A stretch of DNA of 64,000 bases from Planctomycetota bacterium (GCA_038212275.1 JBBQUR010000007.1:1-64000), one strand, 5' to 3'. Shown: positions 1 through 10,210, counted from the first letter of the stretch. Translations and numbers: made by a program. The notes: generated by a model from the letters alone, not told the origin.

Positions 1-2
1 AG

Positions 3-107
3 GCGGTCGAGGACGAGCTTGCCAACGTCAAGAGTGACCGCGAACGTGTGCGCGCTTTCTTCGGCCACCCCGAAGTGAGCTACATCCGCGAGGCACTCGG
101 ATGGTGA
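3..107 (+). mobile_element. 3' end of a probable IS630-family transposase (truncated by window start)
   Basis: Frame reads AVEDELANVKSDRERVRAFFGHPEVSYIREALGW*, resembling the 'VRxFFxxPxVxYI' C-terminus of IS630 transposases. A lower-GC tail ends in ...ACTCAGTA (TA at 140-141), consistent with an IS630 end and TA target. Confidence 0.6.
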
Positions 108-268
108 CACGTTCACTCCCTATCCAATGCAAGACTCAGTATGTCTGTGCGGCCTGACGAACTCTCGCTGCGCGACATCGTGGCGGCAGCCGCGTCGATC
201 GACCGATTTCTCGATCGTGCGTCGGAGAGCTGAGGCGCGCAGCACGCGATCAATGAGTCGAGGCCGAC

Positions 269-3200
269 TCACGCGCCTGGAGCGGTCCTCGCCGGATCGG
301 GCTGCACGAAGCGCCACCCGAACCGCCCCTTGATGCAGAGGTTGCCCAGCGTGATCGCATTGTCGAGGCCCGACGTCGCCTTCACGATGCGGCCGTCCTG
401 CACGTGCAGGCGCAGGCCGCAGCCCACGCCGCAGTATGGGCAGATGGTGTCCGTCTCGGTCTGGCGCGCCTCGTCCCAGGTGCCCAGCTTTCGCAGGTCG
501 AACTCGTCCTTCGCCATGAGCGCGCCGGTCGGGCACACGGCGATGCAGTTGCCGCAGTAGACGCAGGCGGAGTCCGTGAGCGGCGCGTTGAACTCCGTGG
601 AGATGCGCGCGTCGAAGCCGCGCCCCGCCACCGCGATGGCGAAGGAGTTCTGGTGATCCTCACCGCAGGCCTCGACGCATTTGTAGCAGAGCACGCACTT
701 GGCGTAGTCGCGGATGTAGAGGTCGTTGTCGATCTTCACCGGCTGGTGGACGTTGGCAGCGAAGTTCGGGTCGGCGTGCGCGTGATGGCCGGGCAGCGCG
801 TGGTCGCGACAGGTCGTCGGCGCGGCGGCGGGCCCGAAGCGCGCGGGCTGCGCGCCGTACTCGGTGATGAGTTCCGCGAGGCCCGGCGCGGTGGAGAGAT
901 CCACCGACGACGCGAGCAGCTCGAGCACGAGCTTGCGCGAGTGCTGCACGCGCGCGGACTTCGTGTGCACCTTCATGCCCGGCTCGACAGCGCGTGAGCA
1001 GCTCGGCGCGAGGACGCGCGCGCCCTCCACTTCCACCACGCACAGTCGGCACGCGTTGGCCGGCGCGAGCGTCTCGAGGTAGCAGAGCGTCGGCACCTCC
1101 ACGCCCAGCTCGCGGCACGCCCCGAGAATCGTGGTGCCGGGCGTCACGCGGACAGCGCGGCCGTCGACGACGAGCTCCACCGCAGCCTCGGCACGCGCGG
1201 CGCCTGGCGGCACGGGCATCGCGTCCTTGCCGTGCATTCCGGCTGCGAGTTGCGCGGCGGCTGCGGGCTTCGCGGCCGTCGACGGCTGAGCGGGCTTTGT
1301 CGCGGCGCTGGCGGGGAGCGCGGCAGGTGATGCGGCGAGAGGCGCGCTGGATGCTGCCGGCGCGTGCGGTGCGCGGACGGCAGCATCGCCGAAGGGCCGC
1401 AGGCGCTTGATGGCGGACTCGATCGCAGCGTAGGCCGTCTGGCCGAGGCCGCAGATCGAGGCGTCGCGCATCGCCTCGCCCACGTCTTCGAGCAGCGCGA
1501 GTTCGGCGGCCACGCCGCCGTGCGTGCAGCCGGAAGCGATGCGCGCGAGCGACTCCTGCTGCCGCACCGTGCCGACGCGACAGGGCACGCACTGCCCGCA
1601 CGACTCGTCGCGGAAGAACGCGGCGATGCGCCCCAGCAGCCGCGGCAGGTCGGCCGTCTCGTCGAAGAGCATGACGACGCCCGAGCCCAGCGTGGCGCCC
1701 GCGGCGCGCGCGTCCTCCAGCGTGAGCGGGAGATCGATTTCGTCGGGGCGCAGCACGGTGCCGGCGGCGCCGCCCAGCAGCACCGCCAGCAGTGCGTGGC
1801 CGCCCGGCACGCCGCCCGCGAGCTCGATGAGCGCGCGCAGTGTCGTGCCCGACGACACTTCGTACACGCCGGGGCGCGCGACATGCCGGCTCAGGCAGAA
1901 CAGCCGCGTGCCCGTGGATTGCGGCGTGCCCACCTGCGCGAACGCCGCGCCGCCGCGCAGCACGATGGGCAGCACGTTGACCAGCGTCTCCACGTTGTTC
2001 ACCACCGTGGGTTTGCCGAAGAGGCCTTCCTGCACGGGAAACGGCGGCTTGCTGCGCGGCTCGCCGCGGCGACCCTCGATGGACTCGAAGAGCGCGGTCT
2101 CCTCGCCGCAGATGTAGGCGCCCGCGCCGCGGCGCAGTTCGATGTCGAAGGACAGGCCGCTGCCGAGGATGTCGCTGCCGAGCAGGCCGGCCTCGCGCGC
2201 CTGCTCCATGGCGTTCGCGATGCGCGCGTGCGCGAGCGGATATTCGGCGCGCACATAGAGGTAGCCGCGCTCGCAGCCGGTCGCGAAGGCCGCGATGGTC
2301 ATGGACTCGACCACCGCGAACGGATCGCCCACGAGCAGCACGCGATCCTTGAACGTGCCCGGCTCGGATTCGTCCGCGTTGCACACGAGGTAGCGGGGAT
2401 GCGCGGGTTGCGCGCGCACCGCTGCCCACTTGCGGCCCGTGGGAAACGCCGCCCCGCCCCGCCCCACGAGGTTGGCCTCGGTCACCTCGCGGATGACGGC
2501 CTCGGGCCCCAGCTCCAGCGCACGCTTCAGAGCGGTGTAGCCGCCCGACGCGCGGTACGCGTCGAGACTCGTCGGGTCGACGACGCCGACGCGCGCGAGC
2601 AGCACGAGTGACGGGTCACCGCGCTGCGGCAGCGGCGGATCGGCGGCGCCGTCCGCGCTGGCATCAGCGGCCGCGGCACGCGCGGTCCCGCCTGGCGCTG
2701 TGTCCGCGAGCAGGGCTGTCAGCGCTTCGGGTGTCGCGTGGCCGAGGGATCGCTCGATGGGTGTTTCGCCGGCTTCGACGAGCAGCGCCGCGGGCGCGAC
2801 ATCGCACAGCCCGAGGCACGGCGAGTGCATCCACGCGGGGCGCTCCGGGTCGACCTCCACGTGATCGCGCTCCGGCGCGTGACCGATCGGCGGTCCGACG
2901 CCGGCTTGAAGAGCCGCGCACAGGTCCGCGCCGCCGCGCAACCGGCAGGCGAGGTCGTCGCACACGTGCAGCACGCGGCGCGGGCGCGGCGTCGTCGCGA
3001 GCAGCGCGTAGAACGTGGCCACGCCCCACGCGTCGGCCGGCGGAACACCGAGCCGCTCGCAGACGAGATTGAGCCCGCCCTCGCTGATCCAGCCGACGCG
3101 CGCCTGCAGCGCCTGCAGCGCGGGCAGCAGCAGATGACGCCGCTCGCGGGTCGCGTGTCCGCCGTGCGCCACGTGCATGTCGCGCGTCGAGCCGCGCTCG

Positions 3201-3295
3201 CCGCCGTCCCACGCCGTGGCGGCTGCGCCAAGCAGCGCGTCGATGGCCGCGCGCTCCTCGGCGCCGGGCTCGGCATCGCGCAGGCGGATGTCCAT
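269..3295 (-). CDS. Fused NuoE-NuoF-NuoG(N-terminal)-like NAD(H)-binding Fe-S subunit of formate dehydrogenase
   Basis: NuoE-type Cys (CDDLAC, CLGLC); NuoF motifs GRGGAAFPTG, NADESEPGTFKDR, YICGEETAL, CGQCVPC...SICGLG; 2Fe-2S (C...CRLC...C); two 4Fe-4S motifs (CVLCYKCVEAC, CVYCGNCIAVCP); terminal CPYCGVGC...CIKG. ATG overlaps the upstream stop (TGATG). Confidence 0.88.
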   Translation of the reverse strand: MDIRLRDAEPGAEERAAIDALLGAAATAWDGGERGSTRDMHVAHGGHATRERRHLLLPALQALQARVGWISEGGLNLVCERLGVPPADAWGVATFYALLATTPRPRRVLHVCDDLACRLRGGADLCAALQAGVGPPIGHAPERDHVEVDPERPAWMHSPCLGLCDVAPAALLVEAGETPIERSLGHATPEALTALLADTAPGGTARAAAADASADGAADPPLPQRGDPSLVLLARVGVVDPTSLDAYRASGGYTALKRALELGPEAVIREVTEANLVGRGGAAFPTGRKWAAVRAQPAHPRYLVCNADESEPGTFKDRVLLVGDPFAVVESMTIAAFATGCERGYLYVRAEYPLAHARIANAMEQAREAGLLGSDILGSGLSFDIELRRGAGAYICGEETALFESIEGRRGEPRSKPPFPVQEGLFGKPTVVNNVETLVNVLPIVLRGGAAFAQVGTPQSTGTRLFCLSRHVARPGVYEVSSGTTLRALIELAGGVPGGHALLAVLLGGAAGTVLRPDEIDLPLTLEDARAAGATLGSGVVMLFDETADLPRLLGRIAAFFRDESCGQCVPCRVGTVRQQESLARIASGCTHGGVAAELALLEDVGEAMRDASICGLGQTAYAAIESAIKRLRPFGDAAVRAPHAPAASSAPLAASPAALPASAATKPAQPSTAAKPAAAAQLAAGMHGKDAMPVPPGAARAEAAVELVVDGRAVRVTPGTTILGACRELGVEVPTLCYLETLAPANACRLCVVEVEGARVLAPSCSRAVEPGMKVHTKSARVQHSRKLVLELLASSVDLSTAPGLAELITEYGAQPARFGPAAAPTTCRDHALPGHHAHADPNFAANVHQPVKIDNDLYIRDYAKCVLCYKCVEACGEDHQNSFAIAVAGRGFDARISTEFNAPLTDSACVYCGNCIAVCPTGALMAKDEFDLRKLGTWDEARQTETDTICPYCGVGCGLRLHVQDGRIVKATSGLDNAITLGNLCIKGRFGWRFVQPDPARTAPGA

Positions 3296-5289
3296 CAGCG
3301 CGGACCCGCCGGAGCCACGCCGGCCGGCCGCGTGCCGGCATCGACATGCGCGGCGGTGGCGCCGCGGGAGGAGCCGGTGACTTCGGCGCGCTCGAGGCGC
3401 ACGGCGCAGGCCTTGAACTCGGACGTTCCGGACAAAGGGTCGTTCTCGTCCACGGTCAGCATGTTGGTGGGCACCTGGTCGGGGAAGTGCAGCGTCATGA
3501 AGACCATGCCGGCGCGCAAGGCCCGGTCGATGCGCGCCGGCGCATGCACGCGGCCGCGGCGCGAGACGATGGCGAGCAGGTCGCCGTCCGCGATGCCCAG
3601 CCGCGCAGCATCCTCGGGCGAGAGATCGAGCGTCTCACCGAAGCGCAGCGGCGAGTCGTAGCCCGCGGTCTGCACGCCTGTGTTGTAGGACTCGAGCCGG
3701 CGCCCCGTGGTGAGCAGCAGCGGGTACTCCGCGGAGACCACTTCCGCCGGGCCCTTCTGGAACACCACGGAAAACGGCGCGGGCTCGCTGCGCAGCGGCC
3801 GCTCCCAGAGCCGCGCGTGCAGGAACTGCGTGCCGGGGTGCGACTCATCGGGGCACGGCCACTGCAAGCCCGAGAGCGCCTCCAGCCGCGCGTAACTCAT
3901 GCCGCCGGCGAACTCCGGCGCCACCGCGCGGAACTCGTCCCACACCGACTCGGCGGTGGGCTGGCCGAAGTCGGCGCCGAGGCGTCGCGCCAGCTCGGCG
4001 AGAATCCACAGCTCATCACGCGCTTCGCCGGGCGGGTCGAGCGCCTTGCGCACGCGCTGCACCCGTCGCTCGCTGTTGGTCACGGTGCCGTCGCCCTCGC
4101 ACCAGGTGGCGGCGGCGGGCAGCACGACGTCCGCGAGCTGCGCGGTCTTCGTGAGGAAGATCTCCTGCACGACCAGGTGGTCGAGGCTTTGCAGCGCCTC
4201 CATCACGTGCGCGGTGTTCGCGTCGGATTGCGCCGGGTTCTCGCCGATCACGAAGAGCGCGCTCATCCTGCCGTGCGCCATGGCCTCGAGCATCTCGGTG
4301 AGATTCAGGCCGTGCTTTGCGGCGATGGGCACGCCCCACGCGCGCTCGAAGCGCTGGCGGACGGCCGGCTCCAAGATCTCCTGGAAGCCGGGCAGCCGAT
4401 TGGGAATCGCGCCCATGTCGCCACCGCCCTGGACGTTGTTCTGTCCGCGCAGCGGATTGCAGCCCGAGCCGTACTTGCCGATGTGCCCGGTGAGAAGGCA
4501 GAGATTGATGAGCGCCAGCACGTTGTCCACCGCATCGTGGTGCTCGGTGATGCCCAGCGTCCAGCAGACCATCGCGTTCTTCGCGGCCGCGAAGCGGTGC
4601 GCGGCCTCGCGGATGACGTCGGCCGGCACGCCGGTGACGGTTTCAGCGCGCTCCAGCGTGTACGACTCGACCGAGGCGCGGTAGGCGTCGAAGCCCGTCG
4701 TGGCGTGCGCGATGAACTCCTTGTGGTGCAGGTCCGCGCGCACGATTTCGCGCGCCATCGCATTGGACAGCTCGATGTCGCTGCCCACGTTCAGGCCCAG
4801 CCACACGTCGGCCCACTGCGCGGACGACGTGCGTCGCGGATCCATCACGTAAAGGCGGGCGCCCTTGTGGATGCCCTTGAGCAGGTGGTGGAACCAGATC
4901 GGGTGCGCCTCGCGGGCATTGCTGCCCCACAGGAAGACGACGTCGGCGTCCTCCACCTCGCGGTAGGAGTTGGTGCCGCCACCCGCCCCGAAGACTGTCG
5001 CCAGACCGACGACCGATGGTGCGTGTCAGGTTCTGTTGCAGCTGTCGATGTTGTGCGTGCGGAAAGCCACGCGCGCGAGTTTCTGGGCCAGGAAGTTCAC
5101 CTCGTTGGTGGACTTGCTGCAGGAGAAGATTCCGAGCGCATCCGGCCCGCGCGCCGCAAGGTTGCGGCGGAAGCCTTCGGCCGCGCGGTCGAGCGCCTCG
5201 TCCCACGTGGCGGGACGCAACGCGCCGTGCTCGCGCACGAGCGGCTGCGTGAGGCGCGGATAGGAACCCTGTGTCTTGCGCTGCTTCAC
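3295..5289 (-). CDS. fdhF: Selenocysteine-containing formate dehydrogenase catalytic (Mo/W-bisPGD) subunit; Sec codon TGA at 5026-5028
   Basis: ORFs 5026-5289 and 3295-4956 are in one frame and read IDSCNRT-U-HAPSVVGL, matching FdhF CARVUHGPSVAGL. LRGQNNVQG is present. GTG start with AAGGAGG RBS. Confidence 0.9.
4997..5028 (-). promoter_or_regulatory. Bacterial SECIS element
   Basis: UGA CACGCACCAUCG GUCGUC-GGUCU-GGCGAC: a 6-bp stem starting 13 nt after UGA, with a GGUCU loop similar to the E. coli fdhF SECIS apex. Confidence 0.75.
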
Positions 5290-5387
5290 GGTGGACCTCC
5301 TTCGCGCCGCTCGGTGCGGCGCCCGTGCAGGATCCCCGAAGCGGCCGACCGGGGCAAGAAATCAGGCGCGTTCTTCACGCGGACGCC

Positions 5388-5417
5388 TTGACGGCTTCGT
5401 TGCCCCGGGCCTAGCCT
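5388..5417 (+). promoter_or_regulatory. Sigma70-like promoter for the EF-G2 gene (probably leaderless)
   Basis: TTGACG-18 nt-TAGCCT, then 8 nt to ATG 5426; no SD sequence. Confidence 0.5.
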
Positions 5418-5425
5418 TGGTCGCC

Positions 5426-7438
5426 ATGGGCAAGCACTCGCCGGGCGATGTTCGCAACCTTGCACTCATCGGTGGGCCGCGCACCGGAAAGACCACTCTC
5501 GCCGAGGCCATCCTCGTGCACTGCGGCGCCGTCGCGAGGCGCGGCACCGTTGCCGAGGGCAACACCGTCTCGGACTACGAGCCGGAGGAGCGCGAGAAGA
5601 AGCACTCCGTCCAGCTCGGCGTGCTGCACGCCGAGTGGAAGAACCACGTCCTGAACCTGCTCGACGCCCCGGGCTACCCGGACTTCATCGGCGAGACCGC
5701 CGCCGCCCTCGCGGCGTGCGAGACGGCTGCCATGTGCGTCGACGTCACCAAGGGCCTGTCCTTCCCCGGGCGCAAGGCCTGGGAGCTTGCGGGCCGGGCG
5801 GGCAAGGCGCGCTGCATCGTCGCGACGCACGTGGATGCGGCGGCCTTCGACTGGGACGCCTGGCTCGGTTCGCTCTCGCAGGACCTCGGCTGCCGCTGCG
5901 TGGCCGTGATGATTCCCCGCGGGAGCGGAACCGGTTTCAGCGGCTGCGATCTCGTGCCGCTGGCGGGCGACGCCGGGGGGGCGCTCGGCGCCGCGCGCGA
6001 CGCGCTCATCGAGGCGGCCGTCGAGATCGACGAGGCCGCGCTCACGCGCTTCCTCGAGAACGATCAGCGCCCCACCGAGGCGCAGGCCGTCCAGCTCGTC
6101 GTGCGCTCCACGGTGGCGGGCGCCCTCGTGCCGGTGCTCTGCGTGTCGGCGCTCGACGGCCGCGGCGTCGACGAGCTGCTGCAATACGTCACGCGCTGCC
6201 TACCCTCGCCCCTGGATGGCCCGCCCATCAAGGACGAGCAGGGCGCTCCCGTGCCCGCGACGGCCCCGGAGTTCTCGGCGCTGGTGTTCAAGACGGTCAT
6301 CGACCCGTTCGTCGGCCGCCTGGCGATGCTGCGCGTGGTGTCGGGCCGGCTCGAACTGAACATGTCGCCGCTGAACCCGCGCACGCAGAAGACCGAAAAG
6401 ATTCATCACCTGCAGCTGACGCAGGGCAAGGAGCACGTGCCGGTGACCTCCGCGGAGGCCGGCGACATCGTGGCGGTCACGAAGCTGGAGACGCTGGAGA
6501 CCTCGGACACGCTCTGCGACGCCGCGCACCCGCATCTCCTCGCGCGCCCCGCCCTGCCGCGACCGATGGTCGCCCGCGCCATCGAGCCCGTGAACCACGC
6601 GGACGAGGTCAAGCTCTCCGTCGCGCTCAAGCGCGCCGTTTCGGAAGACCCCACCTTCACCTTCGAGCGCGACGAGGCCACCGGCCAGCTCATCGCGCAC
6701 GGCATCTCGACCATGCACCTCGAGACGGTCCTGCGGCGCATCAAGGAGCGCGGCCACGTGGAGGTGAAGGTCAGCGTGCCGCGCGTGCCGCTGCGCGAGA
6801 CGATTACGCGCTCGGCCGACGGCCACTACCGGCACAAGAAGCAGACCGGCGGGCGCGGCCAGTTCGCCGAGGTCTTCGTGAAGCTGTCGCCTGCGCCGCG
6901 CGGCGCCGGCCTCGTCTTCCAGGACGACACCGTGGGCGGCTCCGTGCCGCGGCAGTTCATCCCCGCCGTGGAGAAGGGCGCCCGCGCCGCCATGGGCAAG
7001 GGCGTCATCGCCGGCTACCCGGTCGTTGACGTCACCGTCAGCGTGGTCGACGGCAAATTTCACGACGTGGACAGCGACGAGGCCTCGTTCAAGATCGCCG
7101 GCACGCGCGCCTTCCGTGACGCCTTCCTGAAGTGCCACCCGGTGATGCTCGAGCCGCTGCTGGATCTCGAGGTGGCCATTCCATCGCGCTTCATGGGCGC
7201 CATCACTTCCGACCTCACGGGCCGGCGCGGCCACATCACCGGCATGGACACGCTGGGCGACACGCAGATCATCAAGGCGCGCGTCCCGCAGCGCGAGGCG
7301 CTCACCTATCCCACGGTGCTGCGCTCGCTGACGTCCGGCGAGGGCAGTTTCAGCTCCACCTTCCACGACTACGAGGTCGTGCCGGCCAACGTGCAGCAGG
7401 AGATCATGTCCGGCTTCACGCTGGCCGACGAGGACTGA
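5426..7438 (+). CDS. fusA2: Elongation factor G paralogue (EF-G2 / EF-G II)
   Basis: G1 GGPRTGKTT, G3 DAPGYPDF, HKKQTGGRGQFAEV, DGKFHDVDSDE, LEP domain V; GTPase motifs are divergent. Confidence 0.85.
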   Translation: MGKHSPGDVRNLALIGGPRTGKTTLAEAILVHCGAVARRGTVAEGNTVSDYEPEEREKKHSVQLGVLHAEWKNHVLNLLDAPGYPDFIGETAAALAACETAAMCVDVTKGLSFPGRKAWELAGRAGKARCIVATHVDAAAFDWDAWLGSLSQDLGCRCVAVMIPRGSGTGFSGCDLVPLAGDAGGALGAARDALIEAAVEIDEAALTRFLENDQRPTEAQAVQLVVRSTVAGALVPVLCVSALDGRGVDELLQYVTRCLPSPLDGPPIKDEQGAPVPATAPEFSALVFKTVIDPFVGRLAMLRVVSGRLELNMSPLNPRTQKTEKIHHLQLTQGKEHVPVTSAEAGDIVAVTKLETLETSDTLCDAAHPHLLARPALPRPMVARAIEPVNHADEVKLSVALKRAVSEDPTFTFERDEATGQLIAHGISTMHLETVLRRIKERGHVEVKVSVPRVPLRETITRSADGHYRHKKQTGGRGQFAEVFVKLSPAPRGAGLVFQDDTVGGSVPRQFIPAVEKGARAAMGKGVIAGYPVVDVTVSVVDGKFHDVDSDEASFKIAGTRAFRDAFLKCHPVMLEPLLDLEVAIPSRFMGAITSDLTGRRGHITGMDTLGDTQIIKARVPQREALTYPTVLRSLTSGEGSFSSTFHDYEVVPANVQQEIMSGFTLADED

Positions 7439-7448
7439 CCCGGGGCAA

Positions 7449-7488
7449 GGGCGAGCTGGTGAGCGGGCGAGCTGGTGAGCGGTCGAGC
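7449..7488 (+). repeat. 16-bp tandem repeat GGGCGAGCTGGTGAGC x2 plus a partial copy
   Basis: Seen directly, 10 nt after the fusA2 stop. Confidence 0.8.
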
Positions 7489-7564
7489 CTTGCATGGCCA
7501 GTCCGCCGGCGGGCATGCTGCGGACAACATGACACGACCGCACGTCCGGAAGAGAGGCACCCAC

Positions 7565-9043
7565 ATGGCTTGCAGCACCCACCACGGATTCCAGCTGGCG
7601 CTTGCGAACGCAATCGCGGCAGCGCTGCTCGCGGGTTGCGCCACGAAGGGCGACGCCATCTCGGCCGCGTCCCACGCGGACGCCATGGCCGGCAGCTCCG
7701 CGCCGGGCATCTTCGAGACGAAGGCGATCGCCGAGGAGGGCTTCATCTACGGCCTGCCCATCGTGATGAACTACGCCGTCATGTACGAGTACGCGGTGGA
7801 TCGGGACTCGGGCCAGTTCAAGGCGCCGTTCAACGAGATTCTCAACGAAGCCCGCGTGTTCACGTACGAGGACACCGCCATCGTCACGCCGAACAGCGAC
7901 ACGCCCTACTCCTTCCTCTGGATGGACCTGCGCGCCGAGCCGCTGGTGCTCTCCGTGCCCGCCGTGGAAAAGGGCCGCTACTACGCGGTGCAGCTCGAGG
8001 ACGGCAACACCTTCAACTACGGCTACATCGGCAGCCGCACGACGGGCAACGACGCCGGCCAGTTCATGGTGGTCGGCCCCGACTGGAAGGGCGCGACGCC
8101 GCCCGGCATCAAGAAGGTGTTCCGTTCGACCACGCAGCTGTCGGTCGCCGGCTACCGCACGCAGCTCTTCGATGCGGCGGACATGCCGAATGTCCAGAAG
8201 GTGCAGGCCGGCTACAAGGTGCAGCCGCTCTCGGCCTTCCTGCACCAGCCCGCTCCCGCTGCGGCGCCGGAGATCCACTTTCCGAAGATCGACAAGGCGA
8301 TGGTGACGGACGGCTTCTTCGGATACCTCGACTTCGCGCTGCAATTCGCGCCCCCCGGCCCGGAGGAAGTCGGCATCCGGGCGAAGCTGGCCAGCATCGG
8401 CGTCGGACCGGGCAAGAGCTTCGACTACGCCGATCTCTCGCTGGAACACAAGGCCGCCATCCTGCTGGCGATGAAGGACGGCAACGAGAAGATCGAGACG
8501 TATCTCGCCACGAAGCAGAAGAGCGTCAACGGCTGGAAGATCAGCTCCTTGTTCGGAGATCGCGCCTTCTTCAACGGCGACTGGCTGCTGCGCGCCGCCG
8601 GCGCGAAGGCAGGCATCTACGGCAACGACGCCCTCGAGGCCACCTACGCCATGACGCGCGTCACCGCGAACGGCGAGCCGCTCGACGGCAGCAGGCACGA
8701 CTACACGCTGACCTTTCCCGCCGGAAGCCTGCCGCCCGTGAACGCTTTCTGGTCGGTGACGATGTATGACGGCAAGAGCCAGCTGCTCGTCGAGAACCCG
8801 ATCGGCCGCTACCTCATCAACTCGCCGATGCTCCCGGACCTGAAGCTCAACGCGGACGGTTCGCTGACGCTCTCCATCCAGAAGGACAGCCCGGGTGCGG
8901 ACAAGGAGAGCAACTGGCTCCCGGCGCCGGACGGCCTGATCTATCTGGTCATGCGCCTCTACTGGCCGAAGGCCGTCGCGCCGTCGGTGCTTCCGCCCGG
9001 CGCGGGAAGCTGGTCGCCGCCGGCCGTCACCGTCGTGAGGTGA
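7565..9043 (+). CDS. DUF1254/DUF1214 lipoprotein
   Basis: TPNSDTPYS...WMDLRAEP, RYYAVQL, FWSVTMYD, SNWLPAP...MRLYWP motifs; lipobox LLAGC. Confidence 0.85.
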   Translation: MACSTHHGFQLALANAIAAALLAGCATKGDAISAASHADAMAGSSAPGIFETKAIAEEGFIYGLPIVMNYAVMYEYAVDRDSGQFKAPFNEILNEARVFTYEDTAIVTPNSDTPYSFLWMDLRAEPLVLSVPAVEKGRYYAVQLEDGNTFNYGYIGSRTTGNDAGQFMVVGPDWKGATPPGIKKVFRSTTQLSVAGYRTQLFDAADMPNVQKVQAGYKVQPLSAFLHQPAPAAAPEIHFPKIDKAMVTDGFFGYLDFALQFAPPGPEEVGIRAKLASIGVGPGKSFDYADLSLEHKAAILLAMKDGNEKIETYLATKQKSVNGWKISSLFGDRAFFNGDWLLRAAGAKAGIYGNDALEATYAMTRVTANGEPLDGSRHDYTLTFPAGSLPPVNAFWSVTMYDGKSQLLVENPIGRYLINSPMLPDLKLNADGSLTLSIQKDSPGADKESNWLPAPDGLIYLVMRLYWPKAVAPSVLPPGAGSWSPPAVTVVR

Positions 9044-10088
9044 CGGATCCGTCCGGCGCGCGGCGCCGCAGCTCGGGATTGCCGAGCTGCCCGCAGGCGC
9101 CCATGACGCTGCGGCCCTTGGTCTGTCGCCGGCGCACGAACTGGCGGTTGGCGACCGCGCGATCCACGAAGCGCTCGACCTCGGCTTCCGTCGGCGCGCG
9201 CCAGGGCGAGTCGCGGCGCGGGTTGTACGGGATGACGTTGAGCGAGCAGCGGATGCCGGACAGCCAGGCGCAGAGCTCGTCGCAGTGCTCGTCCGCGTCG
9301 TTCACGCCGGGGATGAGCACGTATTCCACGCAGAGCGCGCCCTTGGGACGCACGGGAAACGCGAGCATCGCCTCGCGCAGCTCCGCCATCGGGTGCCTGC
9401 GGTTGATGGGCATGATCGAGGAGCGGATCTCGTCGTTGGGTGCATTGAGCGATACGGCGAGGTTGGCCTTGTGGAAGCCGGGCTCGCGGATGAACTCGCC
9501 GTAGCGGCGCATGCCGTCCACGCGCCCCACTGTCGAGACCGCGATCTGCGCCGCGCCGAGCGCCGGCCCGTGGTGGCCGCACAGCACGCGCAGGGATTGC
9601 AGCACCGCGTCGAGGTTGTCCAGCGGCTCGCCCATGCCCATGAAGACGAGGTTCTTCGGGCGCTCGCCCAGCTCGAAGGTCGCCGCGAACCACTGCGCGA
9701 CGATGTCGGCCGCGTCGAGGTTCTTGAGGAAACCCATCTGCGCGGTCTCGCAGAAGCTGCAGCCCATCGCGCAGCCCACCTGGCTCGACACGCAGAGCGT
9801 GCGCGTCATGCCCGTCAGCCGGTTGCGCCCACGACCCACCATCGGGATGAGCACGGACTCCGTCTGCAGTCCGTCCGCAAGCCCCTGGCAGAACTTGATC
9901 GTGTCGCCTTCGACCTCCCGCGCGACGATCGGCGGGCGCCGGATCGAGACCCACGGCTCCAGCGCGACGCCCTCGCGGAAGGCCGCGTGGTAGCAGGCCA
10001 GCGCGCGCGGCTCCTTCGCTCCGTGCTCTCGCGCCAGCGGCAGGAACTCCGCCAGCGTGAGGCCGAGGATGTCGACGGGGGCGGGCAT
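9027..10088 (-). CDS. rlmN: 23S rRNA m2A2503 methyltransferase (radical SAM)
   Basis: CVSSQVGCAMGCSFC, MGMGEP, SLNAP, ACGQL. Confidence 0.9.
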   Translation of the reverse strand: MPAPVDILGLTLAEFLPLAREHGAKEPRALACYHAAFREGVALEPWVSIRRPPIVAREVEGDTIKFCQGLADGLQTESVLIPMVGRGRNRLTGMTRTLCVSSQVGCAMGCSFCETAQMGFLKNLDAADIVAQWFAATFELGERPKNLVFMGMGEPLDNLDAVLQSLRVLCGHHGPALGAAQIAVSTVGRVDGMRRYGEFIREPGFHKANLAVSLNAPNDEIRSSIMPINRRHPMAELREAMLAFPVRPKGALCVEYVLIPGVNDADEHCDELCAWLSGIRCSLNVIPYNPRRDSPWRAPTEAEVERFVDRAVANRQFVRRRQTKGRSVMGACGQLGNPELRRRAPDGSVTSRR

Positions 10089-10175
10089 GAATCTCGTCAG
10101 CAACCGGGGTGAAGGCGCGGGACCGTATCACGGCGATGGCGGCCCGCGCGCGGGCCGCGGGCCGCGGGCTGCCCA

Positions 10176-10210
10176 CGCGTGCGGCCGGCGCGTGCGGCCG
10201 GCGCGTGCGG
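10176..10210 (+). repeat. 13-bp tandem repeat CGCGTGCGGCCGG x2.7
   Basis: Seen directly in the divergent intergenic region. Confidence 0.7.

Noticed and set aside
5290..5425. Moco/Wco riboswitch upstream of fdh
   Set aside because: No recognisable conserved elements by eye; an Infernal search would be needed to exclude it fully.
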